Below, piece after piece: positions 49,408 through 60,239 of a stretch of 64,000 bases of DNA. The notes below the pieces were generated by a model, which made no database searches, had not been told where the DNA came from, and worked only from the letters and a program-made list of their open reading frames with translations. Location: assembly GCA_050949045.1 (NCBI GenBank), contig JBMNEZ010000001.1, positions 256,001 through 320,000 of the forward strand. Reading direction: 5' to 3'. The stretch is from Candidatus Izemoplasmatales bacterium. Lineage in GTDB: Bacteria > Bacillota_I > Bacilli_A > Izemoplasmatales > Hujiaoplasmataceae. The first letter of the stretch is position 1. Each line of letters begins with the position of its first letter. Both the position numbers and the translations under genes were made by a program.

Positions 49408-50258
49408 CGGGACACCCCCTTTAGGCTGGCGTGAGCCTTCCTGGCGGAATGGCACTGCAGGTTGACTGCGACCGGAAGACTGGCCATGTGGCAAGCAAAA
49501 GAATTGACCTTGACTGCGAGGCAAGTTGTCTTGCCTCCCAGACCCATTGGCCCGATCCCAAGGGCATTGATCTCGCTGAAGAGTTCTGTTTCCAGTTTTC
49601 TGTCGAAGGGATTGACCGCTTGGTCTTCGAGCGACCTGAAGAGCGCTTCTTTGGCGAGGATCGCGGCCTTTTCAAAGTTGCCGCCGATGCCGACGCCGAC
49701 GATGAGAGGCGGACATGGCTTACCGCCGCCGAGTCTGATTGTTTCTAAAACAAAGTCCTTGATTCCTTGGACTCCGTCTCCAGGTATCAGCATCTTCAGC
49801 CTGCTAATGTTTTCACTGCCGCCGCCCTTCGGGGCGAAATGGATCCGAAGTTCATCGCCCTCAACCAGTTTGATATGGATGATCGCAGGTGTGTTGTCGT
49901 GTGTATTCTTGCGTTCAATCGGATGGTTCACGATCGATTTTCTCAGATAGCCGTCCCGATATCCCTGCCTGACGCCTTCATTCACTGCCTCTTCGAGATT
50001 GAAATCAAATCGGAGTTGGTAGCCGACTTCGAGAAAAAAAACGGCGATGCCGGTGTCTTGACACAAGGGAATATGCTCTTTGCGTGCAAGATCTTGGTTT
50101 TCAAGGATTTGGCCGAGAATGTTTTTGGACAAGTTTTCGGTTTCGCTCGCAAATGCATTTTTCAGATACTGACAGACACTCTTCTCCAAATTGACCGCCG
50201 AATCCATCACCATTTCGCGGACTTTTGCGATTATTGTCTCTTTTTCGACATACTTCAT
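49404..50258 (-). CDS. Fe-S fumarate hydratase/tartrate dehydratase alpha subunit
   Basis: PLCQDTG, KGGGSEN, PCPP, GIGPMGLGG, QCHS. Confidence 0.92.
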   Translation of the reverse strand: MKYVEKETIIAKVREMVMDSAVNLEKSVCQYLKNAFASETENLSKNILGQILENQDLARKEHIPLCQDTGIAVFFLEVGYQLRFDFNLEEAVNEGVRQGYRDGYLRKSIVNHPIERKNTHDNTPAIIHIKLVEGDELRIHFAPKGGGSENISRLKMLIPGDGVQGIKDFVLETIRLGGGKPCPPLIVGVGIGGNFEKAAILAKEALFRSLEDQAVNPFDRKLETELFSEINALGIGPMGLGGKTTCLAVKVNSFACHMASLPVAVNLQCHSARKAHASLKGVSR

Positions 50259-50386
50259 CCCCAACACCTCAAATTAATTATATCACAGTTTGTTTTGCCA
50301 ATATAGCGATTTTAGTCTTCAATTAAGTGCTGATTTCTTTACACTTGTTCATTCTTCTAGTATAATTCCTATAGGATGGTGGTTCA

Positions 50387-51235
50387 ATGCACAAAATCAA
50401 ATTGGTGACCGACAGCACAAGTGACTTGTCACCTGAACTAATCAAGAAGCACGATATCGAAGTTGTCCCTCTCCATGTGTTGTTTAAGGACAGGCAATAC
50501 CGCGACAATGTTGACCTTAATACTAGTGAAATGTACGAGCTTATCAAACAAAAGAATCAAATTCCGACAACGGCAGCGGTATCCGTCGGCGAATTCACCG
50601 AGGTGTTCCGAAAATATCTTGACCAAGGCTATGAGATTATCTTTATTGGGATTGGCAAGAATTTTTCCGCAACCTATCAAAGCGCATATGCGGCGAAATC
50701 GGAGCTCGAGTCTGATTCGATTTATCTGGTCGAATCGGGCAACCTTTCTTCCGGAACGGGTTTGTTAGTTCTTAAAGCGGCCAAATTTCGGGATGAAGGT
50801 CTGAGCGCTCCACAAATCAAGAAGAAACTCGATGAACTGGTTCCTAAGGTCAGAACCCAATTTGTTCTTGACACGCTTGAGTACCTTTACAAAGGCGGAC
50901 GACTGAACGCGCTCTCGAAACTTTTTGGAACGATGCTGAAGATCAAACCGATCATCAAAGTCCGCGACGGTTCGATGGCGGTCGGAAAAAAGGGCAGAGG
51001 AAACATCAGGGCAGGCATAGATATCATGTTAAATGAGGCATTATTTGAAAAGGACGCGATTGACGAGGATTTCTTGATGGTCACTCATTCGCTCACCTAC
51101 GAGAATGCGGAATACATCAAAAAAAGACTGAAAGCGGAACTAAAGGTCAAAAATATCTATGAAACCAATGCCGGTTGTGTCATTTCCAGCCATTGTGGAA
51201 AGGGCACGATCGGAATCCTCTACATTGTCAAATAA
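50387..51235 (+). CDS. DegV/FakB fatty-acid-binding protein
   Basis: VTDSTSDL, LEYLYKGGR, ISSHCG. Confidence 0.93.
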   Translation: MHKIKLVTDSTSDLSPELIKKHDIEVVPLHVLFKDRQYRDNVDLNTSEMYELIKQKNQIPTTAAVSVGEFTEVFRKYLDQGYEIIFIGIGKNFSATYQSAYAAKSELESDSIYLVESGNLSSGTGLLVLKAAKFRDEGLSAPQIKKKLDELVPKVRTQFVLDTLEYLYKGGRLNALSKLFGTMLKIKPIIKVRDGSMAVGKKGRGNIRAGIDIMLNEALFEKDAIDEDFLMVTHSLTYENAEYIKKRLKAELKVKNIYETNAGCVISSHCGKGTIGILYIVK

Positions 51236-51262
51236 GACTTGCTTCGGCAAGTTTTATTTTTT
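51234..51262 (+). terminator. Terminator after degV
   Basis: acttgc-TTCG-gcaagt followed by T-rich tract. Confidence 0.75.
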
Positions 51263-51293
51263 AGTTGACAACGCAACTAAGTTGCCATATACT
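51261..51293 (+). promoter_or_regulatory. Promoter with overlapping palindromic operator
   Basis: TTAGTTG-N6-CAACTAA (51261-51280) over TTGACA(51265)-17 nt-TATACT(51288). Confidence 0.75.
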
Positions 51294-51323
51294 GGGTTAA
51301 AAGTGCTGAAGAGGAGAGAGTTT

Positions 51324-51749
51324 ATGCCAAGCAACTATGACCATCAATTAGCACGCTTCCGACACCGGTTTCTTGAAAAAAAGTACAATAGCTGCGGTCT
51401 TCAAAAACCGGATAGCTATTATTTGGTGATGATCGCCAGATTCCAATCGCTCAAACTGAGCCGCTTGATCAGGGAATCGCCGTTCCACAAGTCACATGCG
51501 ACAAGGACAATCAATCGATTGGTGAATCAGGGATTTATTACCAAGACTATTGATCCTGAGGATCATCGCGGGTATGTTGTTTCTGCCACAAGCAAAGGGA
51601 AAACAACGGCGCAAAGGGTCGAAGCCTTCCACAGGGAATGGCAAGACTTGATGGAAGCTCCCCTTTCCGAAACCGAGCTGGAGACAGTTTCAAAAATCAA
51701 AGAGAAAGTCCTTGCTTACTTAGAGAACCACTTCAAGGAGGAAGACTAA
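51324..51749 (+). CDS. MarR-family regulator
   Basis: KSHATRTINRLVNQGFI...DPEDHR...TSKG. Confidence 0.9.
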   Translation: MPSNYDHQLARFRHRFLEKKYNSCGLQKPDSYYLVMIARFQSLKLSRLIRESPFHKSHATRTINRLVNQGFITKTIDPEDHRGYVVSATSKGKTTAQRVEAFHREWQDLMEAPLSETELETVSKIKEKVLAYLENHFKEED

Positions 51750-53597
51750 ATGAGGCTGATGTTCAAGTACGTAAAGCCTTATTGGAAGTCAGTGATCGTC
51801 ATTTTCATTTTGGTCACTCTAACTGCGATGGGGAACTTGCTTTTACCTAACTATATGAGCAAGATGATTGGGGAAGGTATCAAACCGGTCTACGAAACTT
51901 ATGATGAGTTGACCGGGACCTTTGTCAGCACGGATTACTGCGATGTGACGCAGAATCCCGATACTTGTCGGGTCGTTGGTCAGACCAGTGATTTGCGGGT
52001 GATTCTTAATTACGGACTGATCATGCTTTCTGTGACGCTCGGATCTTCGATAGCCTGGATCAGCCTAGCATATGTCTCTAGCCGCGTCGCGAGCCTCACC
52101 GGTAAGAGCATCCGCGAGGACTTGTATCGAAAAATCAGCAGTTTTTCATTGGCAGAAGCTGATTTGTACGGGACTTCAACGTTGATTACCCGTTCGACCA
52201 ACGATGTCATGCAGGTTCAAAACTACCTGATCATGTTTCTCAGGTTGGTTTTGAGGATTCCCATTATGTTCGTTGGTGCTTTGGTCATGAGCTGGCAGAA
52301 AGCCAGCGAACTGATGAATGTTCTCTTGATGGGTTTGCCGATTCTCGTCATCATCATCGCAGTAACTTTTGTTTTGGTCGTTCCCTTGTTCAGGGCGATC
52401 CAGAAAAAAGTTGACAACTTAACTAGGATCAGCCGTGAGGGGATCAAAGGCGTCAGGGTGATCCGTGCTTTTGGCAAAGGGGTTCGCGAAGTCAAACGTT
52501 TCAAAACCGCCAATGAGGATTTGACATCAACCATGATCAAGACCGGCAAGATCATGTCAATTTTGAATCCCGCCGTCAATCTGGTCTTCAGTGTTGTCAC
52601 TCTCGGCGTCGTTTTTCTGTCCTTTAAGGCAATAACTGGCGGCAACGCCTCGAATTACGCCGATCTCGCCAATGTCTCGGCGGTGATGCAATATTCATTC
52701 CAAGCGATGTTTTCGCTTTTGATGCTGACGATGACTTTCATCATGTACCCACGGGCACAGGTTTCTTCAGGCAGGATCAAGGAGATCCTCGAACAGAAGA
52801 TCATCGTGAAGGATGAAGGCGATCCTAAATATGATAATTATGACTTCAAAGGTGAAGTCAATTTCAATAACGTTTGTTTCAAGTATCAAGATGCCGAACA
52901 AAACGTGCTTGAAGGAATCACTTTTCAGGTCAACCCAGGCGAGACAGTCGCCTTAATCGGTTCGACTGGTTCCGGAAAATCGACGGCCATCAATCTTTTA
53001 CCAAGGTTTTTCGATGTGACCTGCGGTAGTATAACCATTGATGGTGTCGATATCAGGCAAATCAAACTAAATAAACTCCGCTCGCTGATGGGCTTTGTGC
53101 CCCAGACGGCAACCTTGTTTTCCGGTACAATAAAAGAAAACATCGCTTACGGCAAGCCAGATGCCACCCAGGAAGAAGTGGAATGGGCTGCCAAAGTCGG
53201 ACAAGCAGAGGAATTTATCACCCAAATTGACGAAGGTTACGATGCTTTTGTCGAGCAGGGAGGAGTCAATCTTTCTGGAGGTCAAAAGCAACGGCTGGCA
53301 ATCGCTAGGGCTTTAATCAGAAAACCAAAGATCTATGTCTTTGACGACAGTTTTTCAGCGCTCGATTTCATGACCGATGCCAAACTCAGAAAAGCATTGA
53401 GAGAAAATACCGCCGACGCGGCGGTGTTGATCGTCGCTCAAAGGATCGGCACGATCATGGATGCCGATCGAATCGTTGTGCTTCATGAAGGCAGAATCCA
53501 AGGCATTGGGACCCACAAAGAATTGCTTCAAACTTGTGAAGTATACCGCGAGATCGCGCTCTCGCAACTTACTGAGGAGGAACTTGCTCATGACTGA
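51750..53597 (+). CDS. ABC exporter, fused TMD-NBD subunit 1
   Basis: GSTGSGKS, LSGGQKQR, degenerate Walker B FDDS. Confidence 0.93.
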   Translation: MRLMFKYVKPYWKSVIVIFILVTLTAMGNLLLPNYMSKMIGEGIKPVYETYDELTGTFVSTDYCDVTQNPDTCRVVGQTSDLRVILNYGLIMLSVTLGSSIAWISLAYVSSRVASLTGKSIREDLYRKISSFSLAEADLYGTSTLITRSTNDVMQVQNYLIMFLRLVLRIPIMFVGALVMSWQKASELMNVLLMGLPILVIIIAVTFVLVVPLFRAIQKKVDNLTRISREGIKGVRVIRAFGKGVREVKRFKTANEDLTSTMIKTGKIMSILNPAVNLVFSVVTLGVVFLSFKAITGGNASNYADLANVSAVMQYSFQAMFSLLMLTMTFIMYPRAQVSSGRIKEILEQKIIVKDEGDPKYDNYDFKGEVNFNNVCFKYQDAEQNVLEGITFQVNPGETVALIGSTGSGKSTAINLLPRFFDVTCGSITIDGVDIRQIKLNKLRSLMGFVPQTATLFSGTIKENIAYGKPDATQEEVEWAAKVGQAEEFITQIDEGYDAFVEQGGVNLSGGQKQRLAIARALIRKPKIYVFDDSFSALDFMTDAKLRKALRENTADAAVLIVAQRIGTIMDADRIVVLHEGRIQGIGTHKELLQTCEVYREIALSQLTEEELAHD

Positions 53598-55473
53598 TGA
53601 AAAAAGAAGCGATTCTTTGAAGTACTCCCGTGTGAAAAATATGCCTGTTCGAAGAGGGCGCGGTCCCGGACGAGGCATGGCCATTAGCGCACCTGCTGAA
53701 AAAGCGAAAGACTTCAAGGGAACCCTGCGGCGGTTACTAGCTTTCTTGAAACCGCAAGCTACTTTGCTTTTGATTATGCTTTTGTTTACTGTCTTTGTGA
53801 CTCTGATCAGCGTGATCACACCTAATTTCACAAGGCAGATATTGAATACTCTTCAAGCAATAATCGATGGCACCGCTGCCGTTGGTAGCGTCAATATGAT
53901 CAAAAGGTTGTTTATCATTACTATCATCTTGTATGTCATTAGCTTTTTGATGGAAGCGATCTCCCATCTGTTTGGCAACTATGTGAGCGCCAATGTTGGG
54001 AAAGGCTTCCGCAACGTTCTCAGGGAAAAACTTGAAAGACTGCCAATCAAATATTATGATGAAAACCAGACCGGCAACATTCTCTCGATCTTTGCCAATG
54101 ATGTCGATGTTGTCACCAATTCGCTCCAACAGAGCATCATTCAGGTCTTGCAGTCGCTTCTGACGATCATCGGCGTTCTCGTGATGATGTTCGTTATTTC
54201 CTGGAAATTAACGCTGATTACTTTGGTGCTCCTGCCTCTTTATGTGTTGACAACCACCATAATCGCCAAGCGCTCGCAGAAGCGGTTCATCAGACAACAG
54301 AACGAACTCGGGAATTTGAATGGGTACATCGAAGAAATGTACACCGCCCATAAGATTGTCAAACTCTTCAATAAGGAAGAAGACTCTTACCAAGAATTCA
54401 CCAAGGTCAACGATCGTTTGGCTAAGGAAAATCGGGGAGCACAATTTCTGAGCGGAATGATCAGACCGATCATGGAATTTATTAGCAATGTCGGCTATGT
54501 GGCCATCGTCATCGTCGGCGGTATCCTTGCCGGAGGGATGAACCCGATTCTGATTGGCGATATCGCCATCTTTGTCACTTATCACCGCCGCTTTATGAAC
54601 CCGATCTTGAATCTGGCAAATCTCGTCAATATGCTCCAATCGGCGATCGCCGGCGCCGAACGGATCTTCGAACTTGTGGATGCTCCCGAGAAAGTGCCTG
54701 AACAGGATCTCGTCACGATTGATCTTAACAAAGTCAAGGGCAAAGTCGTCTTTGAGGATGTTGATTTTGATTATACCGAGGGTCAGAATCTTATCAGGGA
54801 TCTGAACCTTGAAGCCTTACCGGGAAAACAGATCGCCATTGTCGGCCCCACCGGAGCCGGCAAGACGACGATCGTCAATCTCCTGATGCGTTTCTACGAG
54901 ATCGACAAGGGAACGATCAAAATTGATGATGTCGCTTCGACCGATGTCAGAAGAAGCGAACTTAGGAAAATGTTCGGCATGGTGCTCCAGGACACCTGGC
55001 TCTTCTCCGGAACCATTAGGGAAAACGTTGCCTACGGCAAGGACGACGCCACCTTGGAAGAAGTGATCGAGGCCTGTAAACAAGCCCACATCCACCATTT
55101 TATTGAAACCTTGCCCAAGGGGTACGATACAATCCTCAATGAGGACGCTTCAAACATCAGCCAGGGGCAGAAGCAATTGCTCACGATCGCGAGGGCAATC
55201 CTCTTCAATCCAAGGATCTTGATTCTTGATGAGGCGACTTCATCGGTCGACACTAGGACCGAAGCATATATTCAAAACGCAATGAAATACATGAGCGAAG
55301 GTAAGACGAGTTTTGTGATCGCTCACCGGCTCTCGACCATCAAGCGGGCTTCGACGATCTTGGTCATGAACCAAGGCAAAATCATCGAACAGGGAACGCA
55401 CACAGAATTGCTCGAGAAAAAAGGTTTCTATTACAACATGTATCAGTCTCAATTCAACTATCTTCAAATTTAG
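53590..55473 (+). CDS. ABC exporter, fused TMD-NBD subunit 2
   Basis: GPTGAGKT, ISQGQKQL, LDEATS, AHRL. Confidence 0.93.
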   Translation: MTDEKRSDSLKYSRVKNMPVRRGRGPGRGMAISAPAEKAKDFKGTLRRLLAFLKPQATLLLIMLLFTVFVTLISVITPNFTRQILNTLQAIIDGTAAVGSVNMIKRLFIITIILYVISFLMEAISHLFGNYVSANVGKGFRNVLREKLERLPIKYYDENQTGNILSIFANDVDVVTNSLQQSIIQVLQSLLTIIGVLVMMFVISWKLTLITLVLLPLYVLTTTIIAKRSQKRFIRQQNELGNLNGYIEEMYTAHKIVKLFNKEEDSYQEFTKVNDRLAKENRGAQFLSGMIRPIMEFISNVGYVAIVIVGGILAGGMNPILIGDIAIFVTYHRRFMNPILNLANLVNMLQSAIAGAERIFELVDAPEKVPEQDLVTIDLNKVKGKVVFEDVDFDYTEGQNLIRDLNLEALPGKQIAIVGPTGAGKTTIVNLLMRFYEIDKGTIKIDDVASTDVRRSELRKMFGMVLQDTWLFSGTIRENVAYGKDDATLEEVIEACKQAHIHHFIETLPKGYDTILNEDASNISQGQKQLLTIARAILFNPRILILDEATSSVDTRTEAYIQNAMKYMSEGKTSFVIAHRLSTIKRASTILVMNQGKIIEQGTHTELLEKKGFYYNMYQSQFNYLQI

Positions 55474-55556
55474 CGGACCGCAAGATCCGCTTTTGACTTT
55501 ATCTTTTCTTTTCAAGCGTTTATAATAATTACTATCCGATCGTAAGGAGATAATCC

Positions 55557-56852
55557 ATGAAAGTTGCCTTCATCTCGCTTGGTTGCGCCAAAAATCTCGT
55601 TGACACGGAATTCATCCTAGGCGTCCTTAGAAAGGCCGGCATCACACTTGTGAATGAAATCGGGTCCGCCGATGTGATAATGATCAACACCTGCGGGTTC
55701 ATCAAACCGGCAAAAGAAGAGACACTGGCCACAATCGAGGAGATGCATGGTTACGGCAAAAAAATCATCGTTCTCGGCTGCTATGCCGAGAGATACCGGA
55801 ACGAATTGGAAAAAACGATGCCGTTCATCGAGAAGGTCATCACGCTCAAGGATTATCCCAGAATCCATCTCATTCTCGAAAACCTTTTTCGCGATCGATC
55901 CTTGAAGTTTCAGCCTTTGAACTATGAGAACCGGATTTTGACAGGAAACAAGGAGACAGCTTATGTCAAAATCGGCGATGGCTGCGACAATCGCTGCAGC
56001 TATTGCGCCATTCCCCTGATCAGGGGGGGTTATCGCTCACGAGATCTTCAAGAGATCATCGATGAATGCCGTCATCTCGTAAAAAACGGAACGAAAGAGA
56101 TCAATCTGATCAGCCAGGATACCTCGCGTTACGGCAGCGATTTCCCTGATCGGATATCGCTTGTGACGCTGATCCGCGAATTGAGCGCGATCGAGGGGCT
56201 TTGGTTAATCCGCTTGCTCTATCTCTATCCCGAAGAAATCACCGACCAACTGATTGAAGAAGTCAGAACCAATCCGCTTGTCGCCCACTATTTTGATATT
56301 CCGATCCAACATATCGTTCCCGGCATCCTCAAGCGGATGAACCGTCGCGGTAACGACATAGTCATCAAGGGATTATGGAAAAAAATCAGGACAGTAATAC
56401 CCGATGCCATCATCCGCACGACCTTGATCGTCGGTTTCCCCGGAGAAAGCGAAGCCGATTTCCAGCAACTCCTCGAGTTTATCGGGAATTATCCTTCAGA
56501 CAGGCTTGGCGCGTTCGTTTATTCTCGGGAGGAAGACACTCCGGCATTTGCTTATCCTGACCAAATTGACACAAAGACCAAAAACGACAGGCTGGACCGA
56601 ATCATGGGAGCGCAAAGACAAATTGCCAGAAGACTTTCCCGACAAAAAGCGGGAACGATCCAGGAGACACTCATCGAAGCCTATGATGAGGATTCCGGAT
56701 TCTATTACGGAAGAAGCTACGCCTTCGCCCCCGACGATGTCGACGGGTATATCGTCTTTCAGTCTAAAAAAACACTCAGGATCGGCGACATTGTGAAAGT
56801 ATCAATTAAAGAAGCGATCATGTATGATCTCATCGGAGACGCAATTTACTAA
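55557..56852 (+). CDS. rimO: Ribosomal protein S12 methylthiotransferase
   Basis: SLGCAKNLVD, INTCGFI, CDNRCSYC, APDDVDG in the TRAM region. Confidence 0.92.
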   Translation: MKVAFISLGCAKNLVDTEFILGVLRKAGITLVNEIGSADVIMINTCGFIKPAKEETLATIEEMHGYGKKIIVLGCYAERYRNELEKTMPFIEKVITLKDYPRIHLILENLFRDRSLKFQPLNYENRILTGNKETAYVKIGDGCDNRCSYCAIPLIRGGYRSRDLQEIIDECRHLVKNGTKEINLISQDTSRYGSDFPDRISLVTLIRELSAIEGLWLIRLLYLYPEEITDQLIEEVRTNPLVAHYFDIPIQHIVPGILKRMNRRGNDIVIKGLWKKIRTVIPDAIIRTTLIVGFPGESEADFQQLLEFIGNYPSDRLGAFVYSREEDTPAFAYPDQIDTKTKNDRLDRIMGAQRQIARRLSRQKAGTIQETLIEAYDEDSGFYYGRSYAFAPDDVDGYIVFQSKKTLRIGDIVKVSIKEAIMYDLIGDAIY

Positions 56853-56862
56853 GGAGAATAAT

Positions 56863-57786
56863 ATGACTTTTCTGGTTTTGATGTTAAAAGGTTTTGTCAT
56901 CGGCATTGCTTTCATCGTTCCCGGTGTCAGCGGCGGTACCGTCGCTTTGTATCTTGGTTTGTATGACAAACTCTTGAAGGCCATCGGCGATATCTTCAAG
57001 AATTTCAAAGAAAGCCTCAAACTTTTAGTTCCTGTTTTTCTTGGCGCCGCCATTTCTGTCATTGGTCTTGCGTGGCTGCTCGGCCTTTTGATTGACAAAA
57101 ACTCGTTTGTCGTCCTGATGCTTTTCATCGGTCTGATCATCGGTGGAATTCCCGCTTTGCTGGATCAGATCGCCGTCAAGGAGAAAATCAAATCCGCCAT
57201 CATCCCATTTGTGCTCTCTTTTTTGATTGTGGTTGGTCTGCTTTTTGCCGACAAATTATTATCGCCCACCGCCAGAGGCGACTTCAGTATCAGCGCCGGC
57301 AGTTTCTTTCTGGTGTTTGCCCTGGGATTGGTAGCCTCAGTAACGATGGTCATTCCCGGTGTCTCGGGATCCGCTCTTTTGATGATGCTTGGTTACTATA
57401 CGGCAATCGTGACGAACGTCGTCGGCGGTATCTTTGATTTTTCCAGGTTTGGCTATAATATGTTCATCTTGATCCCCTTTGCGCTTGGAATCGCTGTCGG
57501 GATCATCCTTACCAGCAAGTTTCTTGGGAAAATGCTTTCCCTTCATCCGGTTGAATCCTACGGCGCAATCATCGGCTTTGTGCTCGCATCTGTGATCGGG
57601 ATCTTTCTCGAGATCCGTGATCCGGCCTCCGGCCTCACCCATTCCGTCCAAACACCGATCGTTGATGATTTTGGCGGTTTCATCCAAGCCAATCCTTGGT
57701 CGTTAGTTTTTGGTCTGTTGGCTTTTGGCATCGGTTTCTTTGTAACCTATTGGTTTTTGCCAAGATCGCAAAAACCAAAAACATAG
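56863..57786 (+). CDS. DUF368 membrane protein (polyprenyl-phosphate transporter family)
   Basis: PGVSGGT and PGVSGS repeats. Confidence 0.9.
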   Translation: MTFLVLMLKGFVIGIAFIVPGVSGGTVALYLGLYDKLLKAIGDIFKNFKESLKLLVPVFLGAAISVIGLAWLLGLLIDKNSFVVLMLFIGLIIGGIPALLDQIAVKEKIKSAIIPFVLSFLIVVGLLFADKLLSPTARGDFSISAGSFFLVFALGLVASVTMVIPGVSGSALLMMLGYYTAIVTNVVGGIFDFSRFGYNMFILIPFALGIAVGIILTSKFLGKMLSLHPVESYGAIIGFVLASVIGIFLEIRDPASGLTHSVQTPIVDDFGGFIQANPWSLVFGLLAFGIGFFVTYWFLPRSQKPKT

Positions 57787-57864
57787 GCAAGCGAACTTTT
57801 GTTAGGGCGCAAAGTAAATTAACAAAAAATAAGTTGAACCACTTTTATCCTTTAAAAGGAGCGA

Positions 57865-59046
57865 ATGAAATTGGTTAGACCCGAAGAACTGAAAGAACTT
57901 GAAAAATACATCATCAGCGAGCGCCGCTATTTGCATATGCATCCCGAGGTGGGATTTGCGGTCGCTGACACCCACGACCATATCGCTAACGAACTTGACA
58001 AACTCGGGATTATCGTCCACCGCCATGTCGGTCTTAACTCGGTGGTGGGCGTGATTGAAAACAAAAAAGGGCCCACCCTTGGACTTCGGGCAGATACTGA
58101 TGCTCTCCCGCTCGAGGAATTGAATGAGGTCGTGTATAAATCAAAGAATCTCGGTAAAATGCATGCTTGCGGACATGACGCACATACGGCGATGCTGCTT
58201 GGGGCAGCCAAGTACCTTGTAAATAACAAGGACAAGTGGCGCGGGACATTGAAACTCTTTTTTCAAGAAGCCGAGGAGGGACCTCACCCCGGAGGAGCCA
58301 AAGGCATCATTGATTCAGGGCTTGTAGATGACGTTGACTACGTCTTCGCCCTCCATGTTTCTCCCGAATATCCCACGGGTACTTTCGCCATCAAGGAAGG
58401 AGTCGCCTTTGCCTCTGCCTCTACTTTCAGGATCTATTTGAGGGGCAAAGGCTGCCACGGCGCCTATCCGCAACTTGGCATCAATCCTTTGATCGTACAG
58501 GCGGAAGTAGTCAAGAACATTCAAAAAATCGTTTCCGAAAAACTACCGCCTCGAGATAAAGCGGTCATCTCGGTGACTCAGGTTCACGGGGGAACGACTC
58601 ACAACATCATTCCGGATGATGTTTTTCTCGAGGGAACGATTCGCTGTTTCAGTTCTTCGGCCAAGGCCTTGATCAAAGCGGAATTCGAGCGGATTCTCCA
58701 AGCCGCCTCCAAAAAGCATGGCAACACCTACGAATTTCAATTCATTGAGGATTACGATGTCCTCATCAATACCGCAGATGCCTTTTCCCGTTTTCAAAAC
58801 ACCGTGACCTCGCTTTTCGGAGAAAGAGCTTTCAAAGAACTCGAAACCCCTACAATGGTAGGCGAAGATTTTTTCCGCTACATCAACAAGGCTAAAAGCG
58901 GCGCCATCTGTTGGCTCGGCACCAAAAATGATGAAAATACCGGCAACAGTCTTCACAGCCCGCGGTTCAATATCGACGAAAGCGCCCTCGTCAAAGGAGC
59001 GGCCGTCCTTATCAATTTAATCACAAACTATAAAAGGAGCGAATAA
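57865..59046 (+). CDS. M20D amidohydrolase
   Basis: LHMHPE, RADTDALP, MHACGHDAH, GEDF, LHSP. Confidence 0.92.
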   Translation: MKLVRPEELKELEKYIISERRYLHMHPEVGFAVADTHDHIANELDKLGIIVHRHVGLNSVVGVIENKKGPTLGLRADTDALPLEELNEVVYKSKNLGKMHACGHDAHTAMLLGAAKYLVNNKDKWRGTLKLFFQEAEEGPHPGGAKGIIDSGLVDDVDYVFALHVSPEYPTGTFAIKEGVAFASASTFRIYLRGKGCHGAYPQLGINPLIVQAEVVKNIQKIVSEKLPPRDKAVISVTQVHGGTTHNIIPDDVFLEGTIRCFSSSAKALIKAEFERILQAASKKHGNTYEFQFIEDYDVLINTADAFSRFQNTVTSLFGERAFKELETPTMVGEDFFRYINKAKSGAICWLGTKNDENTGNSLHSPRFNIDESALVKGAAVLINLITNYKRSE

Positions 59047-59047
59047 A

Positions 59048-60223
59048 ATGTATTTGATCAAGAATGCCAATCTCATCAGCATGAAAGACATCAACTACAA
59101 GATCACGGATATTCTTATTGACGAGGGAAAGATCAAAGCCATCGGGAAAATCGATGGCAAAGACTATCTTGATGCCGTGGTGATCGATGCCGACAAACGG
59201 TTTGTGACCCCGGGCATCGTCGATCCTCACTGTCATATCGGCGTGTATGAGGAAGCGATCGGCTTCGAGGGGACAGACGTCAATGAGATGACCAACCCGG
59301 TTTTCCCTGAACTAAGGGCGATCGACGCGGTCAAACCCCAGGACGTTGCTTTCAGAGAAGCTCTGGAAGCCGGCGTCACCACCGTCTGTACCGGCCCCGG
59401 CAGCGCCAATGTCATCGGGGGCACCTTCTGCGTGCTCAAGACTTTCGGTCAAACCGTTGATGATATGGTGGTCGTCAAGGAATCATCGATGAAGATGGCG
59501 CTCGGCGAAAATCCCAAACGAATCTACAACGGCAAAGCCCAGTCACCTTCCACAAGAATGGCTTCCGCGGCTCTGATCCGCGAAGCGCTAACCAAAGCCA
59601 AGGAGTATCAGGCCAAAAAAGAAAAATACAACCGGGATCTCGCCGAAGGCAAAGAAGCGAACAAACCTGAATTCAATATGAAATGGGAATCATTGGCCCG
59701 CGTTTTTTCAGGGTTCCCGGTCAAGATCCACGCGCACCAGCAGGACGACATCGCGACTGCGATCAGGATCGCCGAGGAATTCGGCTTGAATATGACCATT
59801 GAGCACGCCACCGAGGGACACTTGATCGCCGATTATCTCGTCAAGCACGATCAACCTGTCATCATCGGCCCGACACTCGGATCGAAATCCAAGTACGAAG
59901 TGCGGAACAAGACTTTCAAAGCAGCGAAGATACTGAGCGATAAGCATGTCAAGTTCGCAATCATGACCGATCATCCGGTCGTCCATCTTGCCAATGCCCT
60001 GACCCAGGTCGGGATTTTTGTCAGAGAGGGGCTTTTGGAAATCGAGGGTCTGCGCGCGGTCACCCTCTACGCCGCCGAAATCAACAATATCCAGGATCGG
60101 GTCGGTTCGATCGAGATCGGTAAGGACGCTGATATCGTCATTTGGGATGGCCATCCTCTCCATTACCTGACAAAAACCGATTACGTTTTTGTAAACGGCA
60201 ACCTCGTTCATCAAAAAAACTAA
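59048..60223 (+). CDS. Amidohydrolase-superfamily metallohydrolase
   Basis: PGIVDPHCH, KMALGENPK, TDHP, GSIEIGKDAD. Confidence 0.9.
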   Translation: MYLIKNANLISMKDINYKITDILIDEGKIKAIGKIDGKDYLDAVVIDADKRFVTPGIVDPHCHIGVYEEAIGFEGTDVNEMTNPVFPELRAIDAVKPQDVAFREALEAGVTTVCTGPGSANVIGGTFCVLKTFGQTVDDMVVVKESSMKMALGENPKRIYNGKAQSPSTRMASAALIREALTKAKEYQAKKEKYNRDLAEGKEANKPEFNMKWESLARVFSGFPVKIHAHQQDDIATAIRIAEEFGLNMTIEHATEGHLIADYLVKHDQPVIIGPTLGSKSKYEVRNKTFKAAKILSDKHVKFAIMTDHPVVHLANALTQVGIFVREGLLEIEGLRAVTLYAAEINNIQDRVGSIEIGKDADIVIWDGHPLHYLTKTDYVFVNGNLVHQKN

Positions 60224-60239
60224 AGAAAAAGACACTCTA

